Positions 12,645-23,431 of a stretch of 23,431 nucleotides of DNA are shown piece by piece. The notes under the pieces were generated by a model that searched no databases, had not been told where the DNA came from, and worked only from the letters and a program-made list of their open reading frames with translations. The position numbers and the translations under genes were made by a program. Where the stretch lies: IMG/VR virus record IMGVR_UViG_2651869749_000011; one strand, written 5' to 3'. The DNA comes from a virus (Duplodnaviria; Heunggongvirae; Uroviricota; Caudoviricetes). Position 1 is the first letter of the stretch; the number at the start of each line of letters is the position of its first letter.

Positions 12645-13077
12645 ACCGGACTCCTCCTGCGATCCCTTCTGATACTGTCATCAGCATTACGTCATCCTCC
12701 GTCATGTCCGCCACATCCGGGGAAGCGGGGATAACTTCATTCCCGTCAGGGCCAAAACGAACGCCTCCGGCAAGCCCTGCCGCTTTCTGCATCAGCACAT
12801 CATCTTCAGGCTCTTCGTCAGCCTCACGCCGGCTCAGCAGACTGAAATCCAGCGGATGCATATCCGGATCGCTGAAAAACAGGCTGAGCACGGTGTACGT
12901 CAGCCCGGAAAAGTGCATATCCAGCAGAACATCATGAAAATAATGGGTACTGTAAAAGCGGTGCCAGTCGGCATACTCCGTGGATGACATCCCGGCAAGC
13001 ATGGCGCGCCAGTCGGGTCGCCCCATCTCACGCGCCAGTTTCAGGGCAAAACTCAGCTCACCGTCGAACACTTTCCC
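12637..13077 (-). CDS. T: T reading frame of tail assembly chaperone gpGT (made by -1 frameshift from G, no independent start)
   Basis: Open frame of about 144 codons running from the slippery site to a TGA at 12637. The ORF track's apparent start is a GTG lying inside the slippery region. Position and length match lambda T. Confidence 0.8.
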   Translation of the reverse strand, partial: GKVFDGELSFALKLAREMGRPDWRAMLAGMSSTEYADWHRFYSTHYFHDVLLDMHFSGLTYTVLSLFFSDPDMHPLDFSLLSRREADEEPEDDVLMQKAAGLAGGVRFGPDGNEVIPASPDVADMTEDDVMLMTVSEGIAGGVRYG

Positions 13078-13475
13078 GCAGAAACAGGCTCTGCAGGCCC
13101 GGCGTCATCTGTCTGTTCAGGGGCATTATTCACAACAAACTCAGACATTCCGGACAGACGTAACACAACGTTTTCAGCCTGAGCAATTGCCTCCGTGGGC
13201 CAGGTGGTAAGCACTTCCTGCTCAATCTGCGTAATGGCTTCATTCATGGACGGCAGCTTTGTTTTCTGCGGATGGTTATGCCACAGAGACATCGCCACCA
13301 GAAACGCCCCGCCTCTGATAAGATCCTCTACAGACACCTGCAGGTTGCCACTGGATTCAGCCTTTTTTTCCTGCTCTTTCAACCAAGCAAGATGCTCAAT
13401 ACGCTGCAGGGCTGACAGTTCAGAAAGCGTGACGGTCACGCCGTTATGTTCAAATGATTCGGTTTTCAGGAACAT
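13053..13475 (-). CDS. G: tail assembly chaperone G
   Basis: 140-aa ORF starting MFLKTESFEHNGVTVTLSELSALQRIEHL.., the same length and position as lambda gpG. It ends ..AGKCSTVS just after the slippery site. Confidence 0.9.
   Translation of the reverse strand: MFLKTESFEHNGVTVTLSELSALQRIEHLAWLKEQEKKAESSGNLQVSVEDLIRGGAFLVAMSLWHNHPQKTKLPSMNEAITQIEQEVLTTWPTEAIAQAENVVLRLSGMSEFVVNNAPEQTDDAGPAEPVSAGKCSTVS
13071..13077 (-). promoter_or_regulatory. programmed -1 ribosomal frameshift slippery heptamer G GGA AAG (G into T)
   Basis: The minus strand reads GCG GGA AAG in the G frame 6 codons before the G stop. After a -1 shift the T frame reads GGG AAA GTG TTC GAC.. (G K V F D G E L..). This is the same heptamer used in lambda. 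Confidence 0.8.
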
Positions 13476-13490
13476 CTCTGACTCTCCGGA

Positions 13491-14231
13491 TTAGCTGTCG
13501 GTGACGTTGATTTCTGCAACCGCAGCAAACTCACCATTACCGGATACGACCGGAATGTTGACCTTGCCTGCAGCAACGCCCTTCACGGTGATGGTCATCC
13601 CACTGACCGACACGGTGGCTTTTGTTTTATCCGCTGACACCGCACGGAAGCTCTTGTCGGTTGCGCCTTCCGGCTGGAATGCCACGGTCAGCGTGGTGCT
13701 CTGCCCTTTCACTACGGAAGCACTGGCTGGCGTTACCGTCATGCCGGTTGCCGCTGTCACCGTGCTGCGATCTTCTGCCATTGACGGACGGCCCACATTG
13801 GTGACCTTCACCGTACGGGTGATCACTTCCTTCGCCGTCACTGCCTTACCGATACTGCTGACCCAGCCACGGAACACATCGACCGTGCCGTTCGGGAAGC
13901 GGATTTTATAGGCACGGGTATCGCCTTCATTAAACCACGCCAGCAGCGCCTGCTGCCCCTGCTCTCCGGGCATCCACGCCAGCGTGAAGCTGGTATCTCC
14001 GGCGGATTTCTGCCCCTGCCCGGTCGCGGCCCAGTCCGGATCTTCATCATCGAGATAACTGTCGTCATAGGACTCTGCGGTCAGTTCGCCGGGCGTCAGT
14101 TCTTTAACTTTTGCCAGACGCGACCAGTCAACGTCTGAAAGCGGGTTCGCATAAGGGTCACCGTTCCCCTTATAAACCCACAGGGTGGTTCCGGCCCCTT
14201 TCACCGGTGCCAGAGGATTTGGTGTTGGCAT
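13491..14231 (-). CDS. V: major tail tube protein V
   Basis: 246 aa from the ATG at 14231 ([22 protein letters not shown]..), with the ribosome binding site GAGGA upstream. The ORF track extends it by 10 codons to an upstream ATG inside U. The C-terminal region is Ig-like. Confidence 0.9.
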   Translation of the reverse strand: MPTPNPLAPVKGAGTTLWVYKGNGDPYANPLSDVDWSRLAKVKELTPGELTAESYDDSYLDDEDPDWAATGQGQKSAGDTSFTLAWMPGEQGQQALLAWFNEGDTRAYKIRFPNGTVDVFRGWVSSIGKAVTAKEVITRTVKVTNVGRPSMAEDRSTVTAATGMTVTPASASVVKGQSTTLTVAFQPEGATDKSFRAVSADKTKATVSVSGMTITVKGVAAGKVNIPVVSGNGEFAAVAEINVTDS

Positions 14232-14238
14232 ATCGTCC

Positions 14239-14634
14239 TCACATTTCATAGGTAATGACATAAGTCAGATCGGCTGAACTCCACAGGCCCGCATCATCGT
14301 CGCGCCGGTAGTCATAGCCACTGGCCACCATACTGGTGATCAAATCTGACAGTGCCGGGATATCGTTCATCACCGGATAAATCCGGGACTCCATCCACGC
14401 ATCCAGCTCTGAATCCGGTACCTGAGCAGGCAGGAAAACTTCAATATGCAGCTCCGCCTGCCAGGTATCGCTGTCCAGCTCTTCGCCCGTGTATTCAGCG
14501 CCGGTGAGATAAACGGCAACTGCCGGAAAATCCGCCTCATCAAAAACAGCGGGGCGACCATCAAAAAGCGTCGCCCCGGTGTCATGCTTCTCCAGTGCAC
14601 CCAGTACGGCTGCACGGAGTTCAGTATGTTTCAT
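14239..14634 (-). CDS. U: tail terminator protein U
   Basis: 131-aa ORF, the same length as lambda gpU, starting [48 protein letters not shown]... Its start overlaps the Z stop (ATGA). Confidence 0.9.
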   Translation of the reverse strand: MKHTELRAAVLGALEKHDTGATLFDGRPAVFDEADFPAVAVYLTGAEYTGEELDSDTWQAELHIEVFLPAQVPDSELDAWMESRIYPVMNDIPALSDLITSMVASGYDYRRDDDAGLWSSADLTYVITYEM

Positions 14635-15164
14635 CGCTTTATTACCATCCTCAGTTGATGCTGCAGCGCATAGCCCAGCTCTTTCGGAAGACGCTCACGC
14701 CGTATCTGTTCAATATTCTGTTTAAACGCCGTGGTCAGCGGCACCGCCATCGGGATTTTCACCACATCAATGGGGTAACGGTTTTTCCCGGCCACACGCT
14801 GCATGACATGCCAGCGACCATTTTTTAATCGCTGGATAAATGCCCGCTGATAACGATGCTGACCGGCCCGTAGCGTACTGTTGGGACGACTTCCGGTGAT
14901 CCGTATCCCCAGTTTGATGACAGGTAAATCACCGCGGTTAACAATGATTTTTACGTGCGGATTTTTGACCGTGGCCTTTTTCAGTCTGGCCCTTTCCTTT
15001 ACCAGTTTTCGCCGCACCTTTGTCTCACGGGCAACCTGTGACGCCGACTGATTCATTGCCGTTGTGGCCACGCGGTTAATGGCCATTGCGGAGGCACCGG
15101 GCACTGCCGTTTTGCTGATACGGCTGAGGTTTTCAACGGCCTGCTCAAGACCTTTTATGGCCAT
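14631..15164 (-). CDS. Z: tail completion protein Z
   Basis: 177-aa ORF starting MAIKGLEQAVENLSRISKTAVPGA.. and ending ..[21 protein letters not shown], matching lambda gpZ. It is about 15 codons shorter than my recollection of lambda Z (192 aa). Confidence 0.85.
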   Translation of the reverse strand: MAIKGLEQAVENLSRISKTAVPGASAMAINRVATTAMNQSASQVARETKVRRKLVKERARLKKATVKNPHVKIIVNRGDLPVIKLGIRITGSRPNSTLRAGQHRYQRAFIQRLKNGRWHVMQRVAGKNRYPIDVVKIPMAVPLTTAFKQNIEQIRRERLPKELGYALQHQLRMVIKR

Positions 15165-15175
15165 ACCTCCTCCTT

Positions 15176-15529
15176 TCAGCGGCGACGGTTAACGGCAGGC
15201 GGTACGCCCCGCCCAAGCCAGAGATGACAGCTTCCGCCATCATCCGGCGAAATCCGGTCTATCCAGAAGTTTTCCTCACCGATGCTCAGCGTGTCGCCGC
15301 GCCGCAGCTGCCGCACATCATCAGTCCGGACAAACAGGGACGGGCTGGAGCCTTCAACGCGCACGCCCTGTCCGGCATAGCTGATATTTTCAGGGTCATC
15401 AAAAACACCACGTATCACAGCACCGGACTGCTCACCGGATGTCATGGTGGCTGACGTTCCCATGTACCCGCGTATCGTTTCATCGGCGCAGGCAATGGCA
15501 GCATCGAACAGGTTATCGAAATCAGCCAC
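15176..15529 (-). CDS. FII: head-tail joining protein FII
   Basis: 117-aa ORF starting MADFDNLFDAAIACADETIRGYMGTSATMTSGEQSGAVIRGVFDDPENISYAGQGVRVEG.., the same length and position as lambda gpFII. Confidence 0.9.
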   Translation of the reverse strand: MADFDNLFDAAIACADETIRGYMGTSATMTSGEQSGAVIRGVFDDPENISYAGQGVRVEGSSPSLFVRTDDVRQLRRGDTLSIGEENFWIDRISPDDGGSCHLWLGRGVPPAVNRRR

Positions 15530-15540
15530 AGCGCCTCCCG

Positions 15541-15936
15541 TTATTGCATTCTGGCCAGGCCGCGCTCTGTCATTTCAGCTGCCACACCGGCAGAGACACG
15601 GAACGCCGTTCCCGGCAGCACAAATGCCACAGCCTCATCCCGCGTGGCGTGAAGTGCATCAGTATGCAGCGTCACCAGTGCCACAACCGTGACCAGATCA
15701 GCCGTATCAGTCACGGTATCCGGCTGCGCTGATACCAACTCATTTTCATGCCCGGTCAGCGCATTTTCCGGGCTGACAGATGTGTCCTGACCGGCAGCGT
15801 CATCCGTGTCATTAAGCTCCTCTTCCAGCTCTGCCACACGGAGTGCCAGTTCTTCTTTCGTCCCCGTCAGGCTGACATCACGGTTCAGTTGCTCACCCAG
15901 CACCTGAAGACGGGCAATCAGTTCATCTTTCGTCAT
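15541..15936 (-). CDS. FI: DNA packaging accessory protein FI
   Basis: 131 aa from the ATG at 15936 (MTKDELIARLQVLGEQLNRDVSLTGTKEELALRVAELEEEL..), preceded by the ribosome binding site GAGGAG. The ORF track extends it 13 codons upstream. Confidence 0.85.
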   Translation of the reverse strand: MTKDELIARLQVLGEQLNRDVSLTGTKEELALRVAELEEELNDTDDAAGQDTSVSPENALTGHENELVSAQPDTVTDTADLVTVVALVTLHTDALHATRDEAVAFVLPGTAFRVSAGVAAEMTERGLARMQ

Positions 15937-15947
15937 GGACTCCTCCA

Positions 15948-15975
15948 CAGAGAGAAAATGGCCCCGAAGGGCCAT
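15948..15975 (-). terminator. terminator-like stem-loop immediately after E
   Basis: On the minus strand, directly after the E stop: ATGGCCC-TTCG-GGGCCAT (7-bp stem with a UUCG-type tetraloop) followed by TTTTCTCTCT, then the FI ribosome binding site. Confidence 0.45.
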
Positions 15976-15977
15976 GA

Positions 15978-17003
15978 TTACGCCAGTTGTACGGACACGA
16001 ACGCATCAGGGTCAGCCAGCAGCATCAGCGGTGCTGACTGAATCATGGTGAACTCACACGCCGGATCGCCGGTGGTCACCCAGTTTTTCGGGTAGCGGGC
16101 AGAGGCGTTAATACCTTCGCGCTGTGCGTCCGCATCCTGAATGCAGCCATAGGTGCGCAGACCGCGTGCCTGAGTGTTCCCCAGCACCATCGTGTTGTCC
16201 GGCAGGAAGTTCTTTTTGACGTCGTTTTCCACGTACTGTCCGGAATACACGACGATCGCCGTATCGCCATACATCCCCTTATAGGACACCGCTTCGCCCA
16301 GGTCTTTTACCGCAGTCTCCAGCTCGGAATTAGAGCCGCGACGGGTATCCAGCTTCTCCTTGACGGCTTTGAAGGAACGGAACAGCGCCCAGCCTTTCGG
16401 ATCAAACACGATGATGTTCACCACACCGCTGGCGTTCAGCGCGTAGGCTTCGATATCGTCGGTCGGGTCATACGTGGACTTGTCACGCTTGCTCCACTCC
16501 GTGCCACCGGACTGTGTGATGTTGTTCGCCGCACTGCGGCCCATATCCACCTCAACCGGATCGAAGGCTTCACCGGTCATGGTGTATTTGCCCTTGAGCA
16601 CAGCAGAAACGGCCTGCATCTCTTCGACCTGAGCAATGGCAAGCTCCTCATCACGCATGTTTTGCATGATGATGCGACGGCGGCGGTAAGCCGGATCCGC
16701 CAGATTCTGTGGATCTTCATCCGGCAGGCGACGCAGGGTCATCTGCGGATTCACCTCATGCTTCGGCTTGACATATCCCGGCGTAAATTCAGAGGTGGAG
16801 CCACCACGGGAGCGGATAACCTCACCGGAAACAATTGGCGAAACGTACAACGCCATGTTTACCAGTCCCGGAATTTGTGAGAGATAGACTTTCTCCGTGG
16901 TGAAGGGATAGCTCTCACGGAAAAAGAGACGCAGAAACAGCGGATCAAACTTAAATTTCTTCTCATTTGCCGCCAGCAGCTGGGCGGTTGTGTACATCGA
17001 CAT
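15978..17003 (-). CDS. E: major capsid protein E
   Basis: 341 aa from the ATG at 17003 (MSMYTTAQLLAANEKKFKFDPLFLRLFFRESYPFTTEKVYLSQIPGLVNMALYVSPIVSG..), the same length as lambda gpE. The ORF track extends it 9 codons upstream. Confidence 0.95.
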   Translation of the reverse strand: MSMYTTAQLLAANEKKFKFDPLFLRLFFRESYPFTTEKVYLSQIPGLVNMALYVSPIVSGEVIRSRGGSTSEFTPGYVKPKHEVNPQMTLRRLPDEDPQNLADPAYRRRRIIMQNMRDEELAIAQVEEMQAVSAVLKGKYTMTGEAFDPVEVDMGRSAANNITQSGGTEWSKRDKSTYDPTDDIEAYALNASGVVNIIVFDPKGWALFRSFKAVKEKLDTRRGSNSELETAVKDLGEAVSYKGMYGDTAIVVYSGQYVENDVKKNFLPDNTMVLGNTQARGLRTYGCIQDADAQREGINASARYPKNWVTTGDPACEFTMIQSAPLMLLADPDAFVSVQLA

Positions 17004-17013
17004 AAAAAAATCC

Positions 17014-17037
17014 CGTAAAAAAAGCCGCACCGGCGGC
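17014..17037 (-). terminator. terminator-like stem-loop in the D-E intergenic region
   Basis: On the minus strand: GCCGC-CGGT-GCGGC (5-bp GC stem, extendable with A-U and G-U pairs) followed by TTTTTTT ACGGGA TTTTTTT and the E start codon. Confidence 0.35.
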
Positions 17038-17058
17038 CTTTAGTGATGAAGGGTAAGG

Positions 17059-17391
17059 TTAAACGATGCTGATTGCCGTTCCGGCAAACGCGGTCCGTTT
17101 TTTCGTCTCGTCGGTGGCAGCCTCCGGCCAGAGCACATCCTCATAACGGAACGTGCCGGACTTGTAGAACGTCAGCGTGGTGCTGGTCTGGTCAGCAGCA
17201 ACCGCCAGAATGCCAACGGCAGCACCGTCGGTGGTGCCATCCCACACAACCAGCTTACGGGTGGAGGTATCCGGCATCAGCGGGGTCATTGCAGGCGCTT
17301 TCGCACTCAATCCGCCGGGCGCGGTTGCCGTATGTGCCGGGTCACTGTTGCCCAGCGGCTGGTAATGGGTAAAGGTTTCTTTGCTCGTCAT
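17059..17391 (-). CDS. D: capsid decoration protein D
   Basis: 110 aa from the ATG at 17391 ([39 protein letters not shown]..). The ribosome binding site GGGA is better spaced for this ATG than for the ATG two codons upstream used by the ORF track. Confidence 0.95.
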   Translation of the reverse strand: MTSKETFTHYQPLGNSDPAHTATAPGGLSAKAPAMTPLMPDTSTRKLVVWDGTTDGAAVGILAVAADQTSTTLTFYKSGTFRYEDVLWPEAATDETKKRTAFAGTAISIV

Positions 17392-17400
17392 AAACATCCC

Positions 17401-18006
17401 TTACACTGGTGTGTTCAGCAAATCGTTAACGGCATCAGATGCCGGGTTACCTGCAGCCAGCGGTGCCGGTGCCCCCTGCATCAGACGATCCAGCGCAGTG
17501 TCACTGCGCGCCTGTGCACTCTGTGGTGCAGCTGCCAGAATGCGGCGGGCCGTTTCCACGGTCATACCGGGGGTTTCGGCCAGCACGCGTGCCTGTTCTT
17601 CGCGTCCGTGAGCCTCCTCACAGTTGAGGATCCCCATAATGCGGCTGTTTTCTGCCGCAACCGCTGCGGTGATCTGCGCGTTCACATCCGGCTGCGCCGC
17701 GCTGGCGTTTTTGCCCTCCGTCGCTTGCACCACGCCAGTAACGTCAGCCTGCGAAGCAGTGGCTGAAACAGTTGTTGATTGAGTCTCTTTGGTCATTCGC
17801 CCTCCTGAGAGACGGGATTTACGTGTATCCAGTGCATCACGCATGACGGTGATCGCATCGGTACTGTTAACAAGTTCATCAGCCAGTCCGGCATCAATGG
17901 CCTCCTGACCGCTGTACACTGCAGCCTCGGTATCCAGCACAGCCTGCACGGACAGGCCGGTATATGCCGATACCTTCTGTGCAAACATCCGGCGGGTTGC
18001 ATCCAT
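17401..18006 (-). CDS. Nu3: capsid scaffolding protein Nu3 (in-frame internal start within C)
   Basis: In-frame ATG at 18006 (MDATRRMFAQKV..) giving 201 aa co-terminal with C, as in lambda. Assigned by position and homology only. Confidence 0.65.
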   Translation of the reverse strand: MDATRRMFAQKVSAYTGLSVQAVLDTEAAVYSGQEAIDAGLADELVNSTDAITVMRDALDTRKSRLSGGRMTKETQSTTVSATASQADVTGVVQATEGKNASAAQPDVNAQITAAVAAENSRIMGILNCEEAHGREEQARVLAETPGMTVETARRILAAAPQSAQARSDTALDRLMQGAPAPLAAGNPASDAVNDLLNTPV

Positions 18007-18700
18007 CCGGGACTGCAGTGTTTCCCGGACATCATCCGGTAGATGGCTGTAGGGGTTGCCATCCACCTTATGGCTGCCGCTGTAAATCAGCGTGATTTCC
18101 ACGCCCTGTTTCTCCAGCGCAGCGCCGTAATTACTGTGAGCCATCATGGCGCCGATGGAGCCTGTCCGGGCGGTCTGCGTGACCAGACGCCGGGAGGCGG
18201 CACTGGCAAGCAGCTGACCTGCACTGCAGTTCATGTCGTTGGCCAGCGCCCATACCGGTTTTATGTCACGCACACGGGCGATGATGTCAGCGCAGTCAAA
18301 TGCCCCCGCCACCATCCCGCCGGGCGTGTCCATATCGAGCAGAATGCCGTCCACCATCGGATCGCTGGCAGCCTGTTGCAGACGGGCGATAATGCCGTTG
18401 TAACCGGTCATCCCCGAATACGGCTGCAGCGCCCGCGTCCGGCTGACCAGCGTGCCGGAAACCGGCAGCACGGCGATGCCGTTCATGACCTGATAACTGC
18501 GGGCCTGTCGTGGTCCGTCATCATCACCGGATAACGCCAGCGTCGCGGGTGCCTCTCCGGCAGTCAGGCTGTCACCGGACACCGCATCTGTCAGGCGGCT
18601 GATCCCAAGCTGGCCTGCAAGCGCACAAAAGAAAACCCGCGCATAGGCGGGTTCAAGCATCAGCGGCTCATTAAAGGCCATGCTGGCAATATGCGGGAGA

Positions 18701-18720
<20 letters not shown>
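17401..18720 (-). CDS. C: capsid assembly protease C
   Basis: 439 aa if started at the GTG at 18720 (V/M-TAELRNLPHIASMAFNEPLMLEPAYARVFF..), which has a strong ribosome binding site (AGGAGG) 6 nt upstream and lies within the last codons of B. The ORF track's extension to 18855 would overlap B by 155 bp and is unlikely to be real. This is a ClpP/SppA-like serine protease region. Confidence 0.85.
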
Positions 18721-22401
<3,681 letters not shown>

Positions 22402-22427
<26 letters not shown>

Positions 22428-22947
22428 TCAGCAACCCCGGTATCAGTTCATCCAGCGCGGCTGCTTTGTTCATGGCTTTGATGATATCCCGTTTCAGGAA
22501 ATCAACATGTCGGTTTTCCAGTTCCGGAAAACGCCGCTGCACCGACAGTGGGATCCCGTCGAGAATACTGGCAATTTCACCTGCGATCCGCGACAGCACG
22601 AAAGTACAGAATGCGGTTTCCACCACTTCAGCGGAGTCTCTGGCATTTTTCAGCTCCTGTGCGTCGGCCTGCGCACGCGTAAGTCGATGGCGTTCGTACT
22701 CAATAGTCCCTGGCTGGAGATCTGTCTCGCTGGCCTGCCGCAGTTCTTCAACCTCCCGGCGCAGCTTTTCGTTCTCAATTTCAGCATCCCTTTCGGCATA
22801 CCATTTTATGACGGCGGCAGAGTCATAAAGCACCTCATTACCCTTGCCACCGCCTCGCAGAACGGGCATTCCCTGTTCCTGCCAGTTCTGAATGGTACGG
22901 ATACTCGCACCGAAAATGTCAGCCAGCTGCTTTTTGTTGACTTCCAT
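22402..22947 (-). CDS. nu1: terminase small subunit Nu1
   Basis: 181-aa ORF MEVNKKQLADIFGASIRTIQNWQEQGMPVLRGGGKGNEVLYDSAAVIKWYAERDAEIENEKLRREVEEL.. with an N-terminal helix-turn-helix, matching lambda Nu1 in length and sequence. Confidence 0.95.
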
Positions 22948-23124
22948 TGTTCATTCCACGGACAAAAACAGAGAAAGGAAACGACAAAGGCCAAAAAGCC
23001 CGTTTTCAGCACCTGTCGTTTCCTTTCTTTTCAGGGGGTATTTTAAATAAAAACACTAAGTTACGACGAAGAAGAACGGAAACGCCTTAAACCGGAAAAT
23101 TTTCATAAATAGCGAAAACCCGCG
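22948..23124 (-). promoter_or_regulatory. cosB region (terminase small-subunit and IHF binding elements between cosN and Nu1)
   Basis: The reverse complement reads ..CGCGGGTTTTCGCTATTTATGAAAATTTTCCGGTTTAAGGCGTTTCCGTTCTTCTTCGTCGTAACTTAGTGTTTTTATTTAAAATACCCC.., very close to my recollection of the lambda left end up to the Nu1 start. Individual R1/R2/R3/I1 elements were not mapped. Confidence 0.7.
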
Positions 23125-23136
23125 AGGTCGCCGCCC
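23125..23136 (-). other. cosN cohesive-end sequence (GGGCGGCGACCT on the minus strand)
   Basis: Exact 12-mer identical to the lambda cohesive end, at the expected distance upstream of Nu1. The adjacent sequence on the other side (cosQ side, 23137..23170: ..CGTAGCCTGCCGGATCGCCGGAAAGGACCCG..) resembles the lambda right end with a few substitutions. Confidence 0.85.
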
Positions 23137-23332
23137 CGTAGCCTGCCGGATCGCCGGAAAGGACCCGCAAGCGTTCTGGTTTATTCGCAATGAATTCAAT
23201 GTCTGACAGACCAGCGTCGTGCGACCACGGTCGCACGCTCCTGAATACATGCCCTGTTTCTTCCACCCTCGCACAAGACTGGCGAGCATGAGGGACAAAC
23301 CCGCGAATCATTAGCGCGGTAAAAACCCGGTG

Positions 23333-23431
23333 TGAACCGCCCCGGGAATCCTGGAGACTAAACTCCCTGAGAAAGAGGTAAACAGGATGACTAAAAATAC
23401 ACGTTTTTCCCCCGAGGTCCGTCAACGGGCA
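23333..23431 (+). mobile_element. IS3-family insertion sequence, left end (IS629/IS1203-like), truncated by the window edge
   Basis: TGAACCGCCCCGGGAATCCTGGAGACTAAACTCCCTGAGAAAGAGG begins at 23333 and matches my recollection of the IS629-type left terminal inverted repeat. An orfA start follows 54 bp in. Confidence 0.75.
23387..23431 (+). CDS. IS3-family transposase OrfA, N-terminal 15 codons (partial)
   Basis: ATG at 23387 preceded by AGAGG. Translation MTKNTRFSPEVRQRA matches the IS629/IS1203 OrfA N-terminus as I recall it. The ORF runs off the window. Confidence 0.7.
   Translation, partial: MTKNTRFSPEVRQRA

Noticed and set aside
23056-23425. Minus-strand ORFs of 80 and 112 aa spanning cosB/cosN and running into the IS end
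   Set aside because: They cross the cohesive-end site and the IS boundary. No lambda-type phage encodes a protein across cos, and the frames have no ribosome binding site.

Overview
This window is the late (head and tail morphogenesis) arm of a lambda-like siphophage prophage, with every gene on the minus strand and gene-for-gene collinear with phage lambda. Reading right to left: cos (cosN 12-mer plus cosB), Nu1, A, W, B, C/Nu3, D, E, FI, FII, Z, U, V, G/T (with the conserved -1 slippery site), H, M, L, K, I, J, the moron lom, then side tail fiber stf and its chaperone tfa. All ORFs are full length with no frameshifts or premature stops, so the module looks functional. At the right edge, 196 bp beyond cosN, the left end and first 15 codons of an IS3-family insertion sequence (IS629/IS1203-like) begin on the plus strand. 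I found no rRNA, tRNA or CRISPR. I do not see convincing evidence of a previously undescribed system: essentially all coding capacity is explained by the lambda morphogenesis genes. The observations worth follow-up are local: the IS insertion next to cos, the long form of K carrying a JAMM-type motif, the stf architecture, terminator-like hairpins inside the late operon, and two palindromes in non-coding DNA. Gene identities rest on my recollection of lambda protein sequences and coordinates; no database search was run.
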